From the NCBI RefSeq assembly GCF_009914755.1, contig NC_060943.1: a DNA stretch of 64,000 nucleotides, one strand, 5' to 3'. Each line of letters opens with the position of its first letter. Within the stretch, counting starts at the first letter, position 1. The notes beneath the pieces are model-generated. The model did no database searches and had not been told where the DNA came from. It was given only the letters and a program-made list of their open reading frames with translations. Below are positions 36,046 through 49,802 of the stretch, piece by piece. A program made the translations under genes and the position numbers. This DNA is from the human T2T-CHM13v2.0 reference genome, Homo sapiens.

Positions 36046-36289
36046 TGAAGAAAAGGATTCTTTAGAAATGTTTTTTCTTTCATAGCTTGTGTTTTATGTA
36101 TTACTTTCAAGATCCCAACTAGATCTAGGTCCTAAAAATAGTATCCTACCTATTGTTTTTTTAATCAACTTAATTGTGGTATAATTGCACACTGCAGATA
36201 AACTGCACATGTTTGAAGTGAGTAATGTAAGTTTTTTTGTCTTGGAGCCCTGAGGTAAACTTTTATTTCTTAGCTGACAGGACTTCCAC

Positions 36290-36900
36290 ACCCATGCTCC
36301 TCTCGGCACCTTTCACCCAGCCCAAGCAGCGGCGGCCCAGTGGTGGAAAAGGTGCCACGGCCAAACGGATTGGAGACTCACCCCGCATTCTAGGCCGGAG
36401 AAGCGGGCGGGCTTGGGATGCCGGCAGGAGGCAATGACTCTCCCCAGGCGCTGCATCCTGGCTCCGGGGCACAAGCGCCTCTCCGCCCTGACGCTGATGC
36501 TCGTCTGGCTGCCCGTTCTTTGGCATCAAAATACCAGACGATGGTGGCGCACCCTGTGGCCTGGGCTGCCTCACCTCATTCGGTCCCGCCTAGAAAGACC
36601 AGAGGACCAGAAAACCAGAAGCCTGTCAGAGCGACTAGAGGCTGGCTCCAGCCAACAGCCGCGCGCCTCAGCGTCCACGAGGGTTACCTGGGTAACGCGC
36701 CGCTTGGGCTCGGCGCCCAGCCGATGACGTAACCCGCGCTTGCGTAGTGGCGCCGCCCTGATGTGTAGTCTCCAGGCCGCCCCGAACACCAGCCCAGCCG
36801 GTCCTGGACCCCTAGGTCATGTGGCTACAGTGGAATCCAGGCTTGGCCGAATCCAGGACGACCAGGCCAGACCCACCGGCAGTACCTTGCCCGCCCGCTT
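36290..36900. promoter_or_regulatory. Orphan CpG-rich region (resumes at 37590-37800 after an Alu and AT-rich interruption)
   Basis: CpG dense, CRE-like TGACGTAA at 36725, minus-strand donor-like GGTGAGT near 36376-36382; no linked coding exon found. Confidence 0.6.
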
Positions 36901-37449
36901 TAGTCACTTGCTCTAGGTGGATCTAAACCTCTAGGCCTGGGCGCGGTGGCTCACGCTTGTAATCCCGGCACTTTAGGAGGGCAAGGCGGCAGAATCGCTT
37001 GAGCCCCCGGCAGCATGGAGAGGTGGCAGAGGCAGGGCCATACCATCATCTTGGGTGCACCTATTATGGGAGGCTGGAGTGCAATGGTGCCATCTTGGCT
37101 CACTGCAACCTCCGCCCCCCAGGTTCAAGCGATTCTGCCTCAGCCTCCTGAGTAACTGGGATCATAGGCGCACGCTACCACGCCCGGCTAATTTTTCTAT
37201 TTTTAGTAGACATGGGGTTTCGCCACCCCCGGCAGCATGGGTAGACATGGCCCTCCCGCCTGATCTCTTAAAAAAACTTTAAATAATTCGTGGGGGGGGT
37301 TACCGCCCACCTGTTTTCCCAGCTACTCCGGAGGCTGCGGTGGAAGGATCACCTGAGCCCAGGAGGTCAAGACTGCAGTGAGCTATGATCCTGCCACTGC
37401 ACTCCAGCCTGGGCGACAGCGTGAGATCCTGTCTCCAAAATAAATAAAA

Positions 37450-37590
37450 TTATGTACATATGTATGTATATTTAATTACATATATTTTGTATAATTTGTA
37501 TATAGTTTATAATATATACATGTATGTGTACACATACATAAATATATGCGTAAATATATATATGCATATATATATGTAATAAAATATTAA
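37450..37590. repeat. AT-rich (TA/TACA)n low-complexity tract
   Basis: TATGTACATATGTATGTATA... after an Alu tail. Confidence 0.85.
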
Positions 37591-38253
37591 GAACCCGCCC
37601 AGCCGAAGCCACGGGCGCTTTGGGCCCTCGGTTGGCCTCAGCCACTTCAGTCGCGGCCCCGGGGATGTTGGGGGAACCCTGTCAGGCAGCAAGCGCGTCC
37701 TCCAGCCCCGGGCGGCCGGCGGCTGTGCACCCGCCCTCCCTCCCTCCCACGGCGCTCGCCTGCATGCGTTTTGGCAAATATCTAAACCCGCAAAACCATC
37801 ACTAGCTCTGGTTTCCCAAGATCCTTGAAGCCCCTCCGTTCAGCATTCCACGCCCCTCTCTGCCCTGCTTTCAAACCACCGCCAATCTGCTTTCTGTTAT
37901 ATATACAGATTAGTTTGGATTTTCTAACAGTTGTATATAAATGCAGTGACACATTTGAGTGTACTCTTTTGTGATCTGGTTTATTTTACTCAGCATAATT
38001 ATTTTGAGATTATCCATTTTGTTGCATATGTAAGTAGCTCATTCCTTCTATTGCTGAGTGGTGTTCCATCTCATGGATGCACCACCATTGTTTATCACGC
38101 ATCTGTCCATGGACATGTAAACTGTTTTCTATTTGGGGCTGTTAAAAATAAACTTCTGTGAACATTCGTGTACAAGTCTTCCTAAGGACACGCATTTCCT
38201 TTCCTGTTGGATAAATGCCTAGGCGTAGAATGGCTGGATCATATAGGAAATGA

Positions 38254-38433
<180 letters not shown>

Positions 38434-38628
38434 TAGTAGAGACGGGGTTTCACCGTGTTAGCCAGGATGGTCTCAATCTCCTGACCTCGTGATCCACCCG
38501 CCTCAGCCTTCCGAAGTGCTGGATTACAGGCGTGAGCCACCATGCCCCACGAAAGTTCAACATTTTAAGAAACTCTCCATTTGTTTTCCAAAGTGTTTGT
38601 ACCGTTTCACATTCCCACCAGCAATACA

Positions 38629-38813
38629 CAGATGCTCCTGAACTACGATAGGGTTAGGTCCAAATAAGCCCATGGTAAACTGAAAATACCATGAATCAAA
38701 TGATTTACAATACCCAAATAAATCCGTCAAGTTGAGGAGAGTACTGAATTTGTATAGCTTGTATACCATCATAATTTTGAAAAATCATAAGTTGAATCAT
38801 GGACAAGGACTGT
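38629..38813 (+). mobile_element. Tigger4-like DNA transposon remnant inside an antisense L1 fragment (about 37880-39050)
   Basis: CAGATGCTCCTGAACTACGATAGGGTTA... resembles the Tigger4 5' end. Confidence 0.6.
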
Positions 38814-39046
38814 ATAAGAGTTGTAATTCCTCCATATCCTTGGCAACATGATATGGTTTATTTTTTGCAATTCTAATAGGTGTGTATTGGGTATTGCACT
38901 GTAGTTTTGATTTCCCTAATTACTAACATTAAACATCTTTTCATATACTTCCTTTCCATTTGCATATTTTGTGGTGAACTGTGTTCAAATGCTTTGCTTG
39001 GCTTTAAAAAAAAAGTAGCTGAAATTGCTTGTTTTCTTATTGTTGA

Positions 39047-39247
<201 letters not shown>

Positions 39248-39451
39248 TGAGTACAGACAGGGTTTCACCATGTTGGCCAGGCTGGTCTTGAACTCCTGAC
39301 CTCAAGTGATCTGCCCATCTCAGCCTCCCAAAGTGGTAGGATTACAGGCGTGAGCCACCACGCCCATCCTTTAACTATCTTTTAATCCACACAGAAGCCC
39401 AGAGCTCAAATCAGGGGCCCTGATATCTTCAACAAGGCCTGGCTCGTGGGT

Positions 39452-40367
39452 TTATGGCGCAGGTCTGAGGAGCTCCTGGCTCCACGTTTCCCACCGATCC
39501 CAGTGTCCTCGCCTCACCCAGTCTGGGGCATTCCGCTCGGGCTTTAGCAGGATGATGTAACACTTGGGGCAAAGATGCCACCCAGCAGCCCTGCCATGGA
39601 AGCCAGGATGGAAAAGATCTCCACGGCCACAGTGGACTTGCCCTGTGCGCTGTGGTACAGGGGCAGGAAGGTTGTCCAGAAGCTGCAGAACAGCAGCACG
39701 CTGAAGGTGAGGAACTTGGACTTGTTGAAGGCGTCTGGCAGACCCCTGGCCAGGAAGGCTACAAAGAAGGTGCCCCCAGCCAGGAGGCCCAGGTAGCCCA
39801 GCACACAGGAGAAAGCGACAGCAGAGCCCTCTCAGCACTGGATGACAATGTGGCTGGGCTCTGAGGCCATGTCCCCATCTGGGAATGGTGGGGAAGTGCC
39901 CAGCCAGATGCCACAGAGAACAACCTGCACCAAGGAAGCAGCAAGGACCACCGAGGTGGAAGCGCCAGGTCCCAGGCACACCCAGACCCTGTCACCTGGT
40001 GACCCTGAAGGCCAGGACGGAAGAGACAGCCATGGTGAACACAACAGCAACTGTGGTCTGGTAGAGGCGGCAGGTGGCAGCTGTGGGACAACCAAGGCAA
40101 GGCAAGGGACAGAGGGCACAGAGGGTCAGGGAGGTGAGCGGCGTGCAGCTGAGAGCTCTGTTGTTGGCCCCGACCACAGGTGTGTCTCGGTGCTTCAGAA
40201 CAGTCTGAGGACCAGCACTGCCAGGCTGGCCAGCATGAGCGCCACCAAGGCGAGCATGAGTCCCAGGGGGTCGTCAAAGGCCAGGAAGGTCTCTGTCCTG
40301 GGCAGGCAGCCATCTCTGGTGCGGCTTGAGTACTGCTCCTCTGGGCACAGAAGACATCTCTTCGTAC
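39452..40367 (-). pseudogene. VN2R19P: V2R exon 6 (end of Cys-rich domain plus 7TM)
   Basis: CLLCPEEQY...FLAFDDPLG; TPVVGANNRALS; LGYLGLLA...[19 protein letters not shown]...[22 protein letters not shown]; [12 protein letters not shown]; fragments spread over three frames; acceptor CAG| at 40368. Confidence 0.93.
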
Positions 40368-40487
40368 CTGTGGGAGACACACATCCCTGCGTCTGCCACA
40401 GGATCGTAATGACACCAGCCATGTGAAGGAAGGCTCCCTATGCACTAAACCAGCCTTACCAGCGTTTCACACCTATTCATTACTGAT

Positions 40488-42041
40488 TGAAGGGGGCCTG
40501 CCCCTCCACACCTGTGGGTATTTCTCGCAAGGTGGAGACAAGAGACTGAGAAAAGAAATAAGACACAGAGACAAAGTGTAGAGAAAGAAAAGTGGGCCCA
40601 GGGGACCGGCACTCAGCATACAGAGGACCCACACCAGCAGCAGTCTGAGTTCCCTCAGTATTTATTGATCACTATCTCTACCATCTTGGCAAGGGGGATG
40701 TGGCAGGACTACACGGTAATGGTGGGGAGAGGGTCAGCAGGAAAACATGTGAGCAAAGGACTCTGTGTCATAAATAAGTTTAAGGAAAGGTGCTGTGCCT
40801 GTGATGTAACCAAGCAAGTTATAGAGAAACGCCACACTTTGAGACTAATTCAGGAGTCCTTTATCAGCCGGTGACCGAGAGATGGCTAGTGCTCAAAATT
40901 CTCTCAGCCCCGAAGAAGGGGCTAGATTTTCTTTTATACTTTGGTTTAGAGGAGGGGGAACCTAGCTGTAGCAATCTTACAGAAGTAAAGCAGGCAAAAA
41001 AAAAAGTTAAAAAGACAAATGGTTACAGGAAAACAAACAGTTCCAGGTACAGAGGCTTTAAATCCATCACAAGGTGATAGGTGCGGGGGCTCTGGGTGCT
41101 ATCTGCCAGACACAAACGCGGGGGCTTTAGGGTACTATTACCCCAGTGAATTCCTGGCAACTGCAGACATAGCCTGCCACAGTACCTTATCAGTTAATTG
41201 CACTCTTTGATATGCTGAGAGTCAGCTTGCTCAAGTTAAGTCCTTGAGGAAGGGAGTGGGTAAGGAGCCCTTGAGGTCTTGCAAATGAAGGAGCTAAATG
41301 GAGTCCATCCAGCTTTCTCAGCTAAGAGAGAGTATTCATATTAAAACAAGGTATGGTATCACACCTGGATGTGCACGTAGGCCAGATTTATGTTTGACTT
41401 TACCCAAACACCTCAGTGCAGTAAAGAGCAGTACTGCCACCAGCATGTCTCACCTCCAGCCGTAAGACAGTTTTCTCCTATCCCAGTAAATGGAATGTAC
41501 AATCAGGTTTTCTACCGAGACATTCCATTCCCAGGGATGAGGAGCAGGAGACAGAGGCTTTCCTCTTATCTCAAGTGCAAAGAGGCCTTCCTCTTTCACT
41601 AATCCTCCTCAGCATAGACCCTTTACAGGTGTCAGGCTGGGGGACGGTAAGGTCTTTCCCTTCCCACGAGGCCACATCTCAGGCTGTCTCAGGGGGGCAA
41701 ACCTTGGACAATACCCAGGCTTTCTCAGGCAGAGGTCCCTGCGGCCTTCCGCAGTGCATTGTGTCCCTGGGTACTCGAGACTGGAGAATGGCGATGACTT
41801 TTACCAAGCATACTGCCTGCAAACACATGTTTACCAAGGCACATCCTGCACAGCCCTAACTCCATTAAACCTTGAGTCAATACAGCACGTTTCTGTGAGC
41901 ACAGGGTTGGGGCTAGGGTTACAGATTAACAACATCTCAAGGCAGAAGAATTTTTCTTAGTACAGATCAAAATGGAGTTTCTTATGTCTTCCTTTTTCTA
42001 CATAGACACAGTAACAGTCTGATCTCTTTCTTTCCCCCACA
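40488..42041 (-). mobile_element. HERV-K(HML-2) LTR5 (A/B-like) solo LTR, about 990 bp after removing the nested insert
   Basis: Minus strand TGTGGGGGAAAGAAAGAGATCAGACTGTTACTGTGTCTATGTAGAAA...GGGGCAGGCCCCCTTCA. Confidence 0.9.
40802..41363 (-). mobile_element. LTR6-like (ERV1) solo LTR nested in LTR5
   Basis: Minus strand TGTGATACCATACCTTGTTTTAA...CTCAAAGTGTGGCGTTTCTC; perfect 4-bp TSD CCTG at 40798-40801 and 41364-41367. Confidence 0.82.
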
Positions 42042-42368
42042 GATTTATAATTTTGAGATACCAGTGATGGGATGGGCCACATTAGATCCTGAGGCACAAG
42101 GAAAAATACACGCCCCGTATACATGTTTGCATGTTTTTTTAAAATGGTTAATTTTTTCCAAGTAGTAACAACAACTGCTCTTTTTGTTTTGTTGTTTGAG
42201 ACAGGGTCTCACTCTTGACACCCAGGCTGGAAAGCAGTGGCTCGATCACAGCTCACTGCAACCTCCACCTCCCAGGTAAAGCCATCTTCCCCCTCAGCCT
42301 CCCAAGTAGCTGGAACTACAGGCATGCACCACCACACCCAGCTATTTTTTTTATTATTGTTTTTGTAA

Positions 42369-42497
<129 letters not shown>

Positions 42498-42652
42498 TGA
42501 ACCATAAAAACTGTGAGATAAGAAATGTGCTTTGTTTCATACGCTTGTGGTAATTTGTTAACAGCAGCTATAGAAACTAATGCAGGGAGCAACTGGGCAT
42601 TGCCTACACTCACAGTGGGAGTGTGAACTGGAAGCACCACCAGTGTCTGTTA

Positions 42653-42796
<144 letters not shown>

Positions 42797-43561
42797 TTAA
42801 AAAATTAGCCAAGCATGGTGGGGTGGCATGTACGTGTAGTCCCAGCTACTCGGGAGGCTGAGGTAGGAGGATCTCTTGAGCCCAGATCAAGGCTGCAGTG
42901 AACCACGTTCACACCACTGCACTCCAGCCTGGGCAACAGAGTGAGACCTCTTCTCAAATAAAAGAAAAAAAAAAGCTGCAGGTATGTCTACCTGTGGCCC
43001 AGCAATGCCACACCCAACAGAAATTCACCTGTATGTCCCCAAAAAACACAACAATGAGACACGGCTCATTGCAGCCGCTGATCAGCAGGCTTCTCAAATC
43101 CCCCATCCCTGTTGGAGTGGATGAAGCAGCCGTGGTGCGTCCGCACAATGGGATCTCACCAGTCATTAGAACAAGAGATCCACAACCACACATAACCACC
43201 ACTAGGATGAATCTCACAAACAACTGGGAGGAAAAAGCAAGACACAAAAGAACACTCACTGTGTGATTCCACTTATAGGACGTTTAAAAATCAAGCAAAA
43301 CCCACTGACACCAATAGAAGTCAGGGCGGTGGATGGGTCGCAGGGAGAAGACAATGGCTGGGAGGGGTATGAAAGCTTCTGGGAGGGCCAGGTTGTGCCC
43401 CGTTTCTTGATGAGAGGACCAGGGACACGGAATGTTTGCCAGGTGAGAATTCATTGGGCTGCACGCTTATGATCTATGCATTTGTCTATATATTTCAATA
43501 AAACATTTACCTAATAATAATGACCTTTATTCATTCTCTTTCAGCCACTGTTAATAATAAG

Positions 43562-43766
43562 TGCCGAGACCAGCTCAGTCGGGGAGACCCTAACCTAGCG
43601 GTGCTAGAGGAATTAAAGACACACACACAGAAATACAGGGGTGTGGAGTGGGAAATCAGGGATCTCACAGCCTTCAGAGCTGAGAGCCTCCAACAGAGAT
43701 TTACCCACATATTTATTGACAGCAAACCAGTGATAAGCATTGTTTCTACAGATTATAGATTAACTA
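43562..43766 (-). mobile_element. MER9 (HERV-K9) LTR, 3' part only
   Basis: Minus strand ends GGTTAGGGTCTCCCCGACTGAGCTGGTCTCGGCA; similarity stops abruptly near 43766. Confidence 0.8.
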
Positions 43767-44080
43767 TGTGTTTGGCAAAGTGTATTCACTGGGCAGATCC
43801 TGGAATACTGACACACTGAAAAATACTACAGAAAAAACTCCTGATGGAGACTCTGATTCAGCTTGTGTGACACTAGTATTTTCATTTTGGGTGGTGAGCA
43901 AATGTCTTTCCTCACTCAGAGAAGGGCTCAGTATCCCTAAACAGCATAGCTGAGTTATGACTGGCCTAATTTAGAGCTGCACCAACTTCATGTACCAAAT
44001 AGGGACACCGCTGGCCTCTGTGCTTCCCTCTGACTCGAATACACCAGAACTGGGATCATTTCTGCACCCTGGAAACTGAC

Positions 44081-44293
44081 CTAGAGGTCCTCCTTTGTCA
44101 CATGCACTGTCATTCTGTCTCCCAGAGGGGCTCACGGGTTGACTATGCCTATGTGGACAAAGTGGAATCAGCCCTCAGTGGTCTTCTGTCCATGGACAAC
44201 ATCAAATTCTGTAATTAAATCTCCGTTGGCATCAAACATGATCTCTGTCCCATCAGGGGTCTTGAAATGCACGTTCTTGAGAGGACGAAGCAG
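44081..44293 (-). pseudogene. VN2R19P: V2R exon 4
   Basis: LLRPLKNVHFKTPDGTEIMFDANGDLITEFDVV...; 213 nt, three in-frame stops, CCCAG| acceptor and |GTCAGT donor. Confidence 0.88.
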
Positions 44294-44518
44294 CTGGGGA
44301 AGGATGGATGACACTGTAGATGGGCAGGGCCAGTCCCAGGGCCTGTGCAAAATGCATCAGGTCCTCAGCCACCGTGGTGAGCAGGGGCTGCCTCAGGCAG
44401 GGCCAACGTATCCATGAGGCACGGGAGACCCAGGGCTGTGATATTTGCAGGGTCCCATGAAAATGTTCTAATGTTAACTGCTTGTAAAAGCAAAGAAAAA
44501 AATTAAAAAGTAATTAAT

Positions 44519-46412
44519 GGGCCATGCACGGTGGCTCAAGCCTGTGGTCCCAGCACTTTGGGAGGCCGAGGCAGGCAGATCACGAGGTCAGGAGCTCGAG
44601 ACCAGCCTGACCAATATGGTGAAATGCCGTCCCTACCAAAAATACAAAAATTAGCCAGGCGTGGTGGCTCACGCCTGTAATCCCAGCCACTCAGGAAGCT
44701 GAGGCAGAAGAGTCACTTGAACCCGGGAGACGGAGGTTGCAGTGAGCCAAGATCATGCCACTACACTCCAGCCTGGGCGACAGAGCAAGACTCTGTCTCA
44801 AAAAAAAGTAATAATGAACATATAATAATGAGTCCAACCCAGGATATATTCATCTTTAGACCAAGGCAATGGTAAAATTGAATTAAGAATTTTTTTTTCC
44901 ACGGAGGAAGGAACGCACAAAAGCCACAGTGTGGCCCTTGCTCCAGGGATTCCGTCTGAGCAAACACTTCCTCCTTGGCCTTCCCATCACACTCCAAGTG
45001 GAGTAAAATCCTGGCGGGACCTACACAGGTCAGTCCCTGAACACCTAGACATCCTGATCCCTCAGTCACAAACCTAGCATGGACTTAAGATCCCTCATCC
45101 TGGCCAGGCATGGTAGCTTATGCCTGTGATCCCAACACTTACCCCAAAGTGGACAGATCGCTTGAGCCCAGAAGTTTGAGACCAGCCTGGGCATCATGGT
45201 GAAAATACAAAAATTAGCTGGGCGTGGTGGTGCATGCTTGTAGTCCCAGCTACTCGGGAGGCTGAAGGATCGCTTGAGCCCAGGAGGTTGAGACTGCAGT
45301 GAGCTGTGAATGCATCACTGTATTCCAGCTTGAACAACAAAGCAAGGCACTGTCTTAACACAAAACAAAACAAAAAATTCCTCAGCCCGGCACGGTGGCT
45401 CATGCCTGTAATCCTAGCACTTTGGGAGGCCAAGGTGGGCAAATCATCTGAGGTCAGGAATTCAAAACCAGCCTGACCAACATGGTGAAACCCCATCTCT
45501 ACTAAAAATACAAAATTAGCCAGGCGTGATGGCACATGCCTATAATCCCAGCTACTCAGAAGGCTGAGGCAGAAGAATTGCTTGAACCCAGGAGGCAGAG
45601 GTTGCAGTTAGCTGAGATCACACCATTGCACTCCAGCCTGGACAGAGCGAAACTCCGTCTCAAAAAAAAAAAAATCTTCGTCCAGTGCTCCTGCTAAGAT
45701 GTGGCTTAGGGCTGTGAATACAAGATATCCTCACTGAGGAGCACTGCCCCTGTCCTCCCCCCCAGGAGACCAAGTGAGTTTCCTGCTGTCTCCCCTTCCC
45801 TGAATCATCTACTCCACAGTTTGTTTTTGAGACAAGGTCTTACTCTGTTGCCCAGGCTGGAGTGCAGTGGCACCATCATGGCTTGCTGTAGCTTCAACCT
45901 CCTGGGCTCAAGCGATCCTCACACCTGAGCCTTCCAAGTAGTTGTGACTAGAGGCGTGCACCATCACGACTTTTTTTTTTTTTAAAGATAGTCTCGCTCT
46001 GTCACCCAGGCTGGAGTGCAGTGGTGTAATCTCGGCTCACTGCAAGCTCTGCCCTCCCAGGTTGAAGGAATTCTCCTACCTCAGCCTCCTGAGTAGCTGG
46101 GACTACAGGCGCCCACCATCACGCCTGGCTAATTTTTTGTATTTTTAGCAGAGATGGGGTTTCACTGTGTTAGCCAGGATGGTCTCGAGATCTCCTGACC
46201 TCGTAATCCACCTGCCTCTGCCTCCCAAAATGTGGGGGTTACAGGCGTGAGCCACTGTGCCCAGCCCATGCTTGGCTGATTTAAAAATTTTTTTGTAGAT
46301 TCAGTGTCTTACTGTGTTTCCCTGGCTGATCTTGAACTCCTGGGCTCGAATGATCCTCCCACATTGGTCTCCCAAAGTACTGGGACTACAGGCGTGAGCC
46401 ACCATGCTCAGC
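44519..46412. mobile_element. Alu cluster in V2R intron 3 (sense 44519-44808, 45102-45674; antisense nested pair 45820-46412)
   Basis: Alu consensus matches. Confidence 0.88.
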
Positions 46413-46437
46413 CCCACTCCACACGTTCGCCTCTCAC

Positions 46438-47223
46438 CAGCCAGGGCTGGAAGTCCCAGGCATCGGCACACCCCTGGTCCCCATGCTTGCAGCCTGCCAG
46501 GGCCTGGGCGATGGCATAGACCACTGTGTAGGCGATGTGTACTTTGCTTTCCTTCTGGAAAGGGTAGTGCTCAACCCTCAGACTCTCATTTCCTGAGCAG
46601 AACTGGACTCCTGCAGCCGCTGTGCTTTTCCCTGCTGGCCCCCAGCTGCTATGGGGCTATGTGCACTTGAAGGTGACCTCCCAGAATCTCCATATGAACA
46701 TGTCTTCTGGGGTCCTGGCAAGGCGCAGGGAAGTCGGGGGGCTGGCTGTTGCAAAGCAGGAGGCTGAATGAGCCCTGCAGAACCCAGAAGGCACTGGCAC
46801 AGTCAGGACCAGCGCCATGTGCAGAGTGTCCCAGCTGACACAGACCTGGCCCAGGATGCCTCGGCCTGCCAGGCACTGCAGGATGAGTCTGAAGTGCTAG
46901 CTGTTAAGGAAAACCAGGATGATGGTGGCCGTACAGTTCTCCATCAGCCAGATGATGTTTTTCATCTTCAGGGACTCCCGGGTGGGGATGCAGAGTTGGA
47001 ATTCAATGCAGACCCCAGCCTGGCCCAGCTCCTGGACGACCAGAGACCTGCCCTGCAGCTCAAAGTCGTCCCCCTGCGCCAGGACGCTCACCCAAGACCA
47101 TCGGAAGTGAAGCATCAGCTGCACCACTGCATGGGTGGTCGTGAGGTGACTGAGCAGGGTCTGAAAGAAGGATGGGAACTGGGTCCTGTCGCTGAGGCTG
47201 GCCAGTGTGGAGGAGGGGCTGAC
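46438..47223 (-). pseudogene. VN2R19P: V2R exon 3 (Venus flytrap domain)
   Basis: LSDRTQFPSFFQT...HFRWSWV...GVCIEF; TAG at 46897; AYTVVYAIAQAL; FQPWL|GTGAG; 786 nt. Confidence 0.92.
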
Positions 47224-47295
47224 CTGTGCAGGAAGAGGCCAGGGCAATGGGGAGGGGTGAGGAGCAGCTCAGGCACCTGCTGACCACCAGGTTCA

Positions 47296-47718
<423 letters not shown>

Positions 47719-47775
47719 CTAGAGCCCAGGAGGTCGAGACTAGCTTGGGCAACACAGTATGACCCCCTACTCTAA

Positions 47776-48053
47776 AGAGACACACACAGAAAGAGAGACA
47801 CACACACAGAGAGAGAGAGAGAGAGACAGACACAGAGACACACAGAGGAAGAGACAGACAGAGACAGACAGAGACAGAGACAGAGAGACAGAGTCAGACA
47901 GAGAAACAGGAGGGAAGGCAGGCAGGAAGGGAAGAAGGGAGGGAGGGAGGGAGAGGAGGGAGGGAGGGAGGGAGGGATGGAGGAGGGGAGAGAGAGCGAG
48001 CCAAGCAGGCACAGAAAAAAAAAAAAAGGAGAAAAGGAAAGGAAGAAAGAAAA
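47776..48053 (+). repeat. Compound (GA/CA)n, (GGGA)n purine-rich microsatellite
   Basis: Directly visible; follows an Alu left monomer. Confidence 0.9.
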
Positions 48054-48540
48054 AGGCCAGATGTGGTGGCTCACACCTGTAATCCCAGCACCTTGGGAGG
48101 CAGAAGTGGGCAGATCACTTGAGGCCAGGCTGGTCTCAAACTCCTGACCTCACGTGATCGGCCTGCCTCAGCCTCCCAGAGTGCTGGGATTACAGTTGTA
48201 AGCCGCAGCACCCAGCCCCAAGGAATAATTGAACTTAATGTTCATTCCTCTCGTTTTGCCCACTTCAAACTTACGTTTCTGCTCCTTTGCCAAGCTGGGT
48301 TTTTGTTTGTTTTTTTTGAGACAGGGTTTTACTGTCACCCAGGCTAGAGTGCAGTGGCAGGAACACAGCTCACTACATCCTCCACCTACTGGGCTCAAGA
48401 GATCTTCCTGCCTCAGGGGACTACAGATGTGCACCACCCACCACCCCCAGTTAAAAAAAATTATTTTGTAGAGATGGGGTCTATGTTTCCCAGCCTGGTC
48501 TTAAAATTCCTGGGCTCACGTGATCCTCCTGCCTCAGCAG

Positions 48541-48736
48541 GCCTGGGGATCCGATTCTAGTTCCGGTTTGCACAGCGCCGACAACTCTGGGGCTACAGGC
48601 TGGAGCCACCGTGCGGGGCCTGGGATTCGGACTCTAGTTCCGGTTTCCACAGCGTGGACAACTCTGGGGTTACAGGCTGGAGCCACCATGCCGGGCCTGG
48701 GGTTCGGATTCTAGTTACGGTTCACACAGCGCGGAC
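48541..48736 (+). repeat. 77-bp tandem repeat, about 2.5 copies
   Basis: Units start at 48541, 48618, 48695. Confidence 0.9.
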
Positions 48737-49019
48737 GGACAGTTCTTCACTGGCAGTGGCAATGACTCGGAACCTACTTGTGTTGTTTGGCCACGCTGTG
48801 ATCTTTGTCAGTTTTTGCCTGCTTGTCGATTTGCCAATGAAGAGACTACTCTTCGTGCCCCGGAAGATAAAGTTCTATGAAATCGGGGTCAACGAGGTTT
48901 TGTGTCTGTGTTTGCTTCTGACCTGTGGCTGAGGCACAGGATGAAACTGCTCGGTCTCTGGGGTCTGTTGGATCAGAGACTTTAACACGCTCCTCGTGTG
49001 GGTGCAAAACATTCTCCTA

Positions 49020-49035
49020 CCGCCAGAGGGTAGTA
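49020..49035 (+). promoter_or_regulatory. Candidate CTCF site
   Basis: CCGCCAGAGGGTAGTA in a CpG-bearing unique stretch. Confidence 0.4.
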
Positions 49036-49127
49036 AGGAAATAGGCTATGCAAAGGTTATGGGGTCTGAACGGAACGGTGCTCTGGTCTGATTGGTTTAC
49101 ACAGACCCATAAGGCTGACGCAACAGG

Positions 49128-49327
49128 TAGAGCTAACAGATTTGAAAATAAAAAAACAGGATACCCAATTAAGTTTAAATTTCAGATAAATTCATCTAAT
49201 ATTTTAGCATAAGTATGTCTTGTATGTCCTGTGCAATATTTGGGACCAAATTCTACTAAAAAGGACTATTCATTGTTTATCTGAAAACCAAATTTCACTG
49301 GGGGTACTGTTTTATCTGGCAACCCTA
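49128..49327. mobile_element. MER53-like hAT MITE
   Basis: CAGGATACCCAATTAAGTTTAAATTTCAGATAAA...TTTTATCTGGCAACCCT, inverted-repeat structure. Confidence 0.65.

Positions 49328-49802
<475 letters not shown>

Noticed and set aside
39842-40426. Plus-strand 194-aa ORF (also 46768-47283)
   Set aside because: Antisense shadows of V2R exons
48541-48736. CRISPR-like or tRNA-like reading of the 77-bp repeat (GGTTCGGATTC)
   Set aside because: No unique spacers, no cas genes, eukaryotic context, no cloverleaf; explained by Alu-junction duplication
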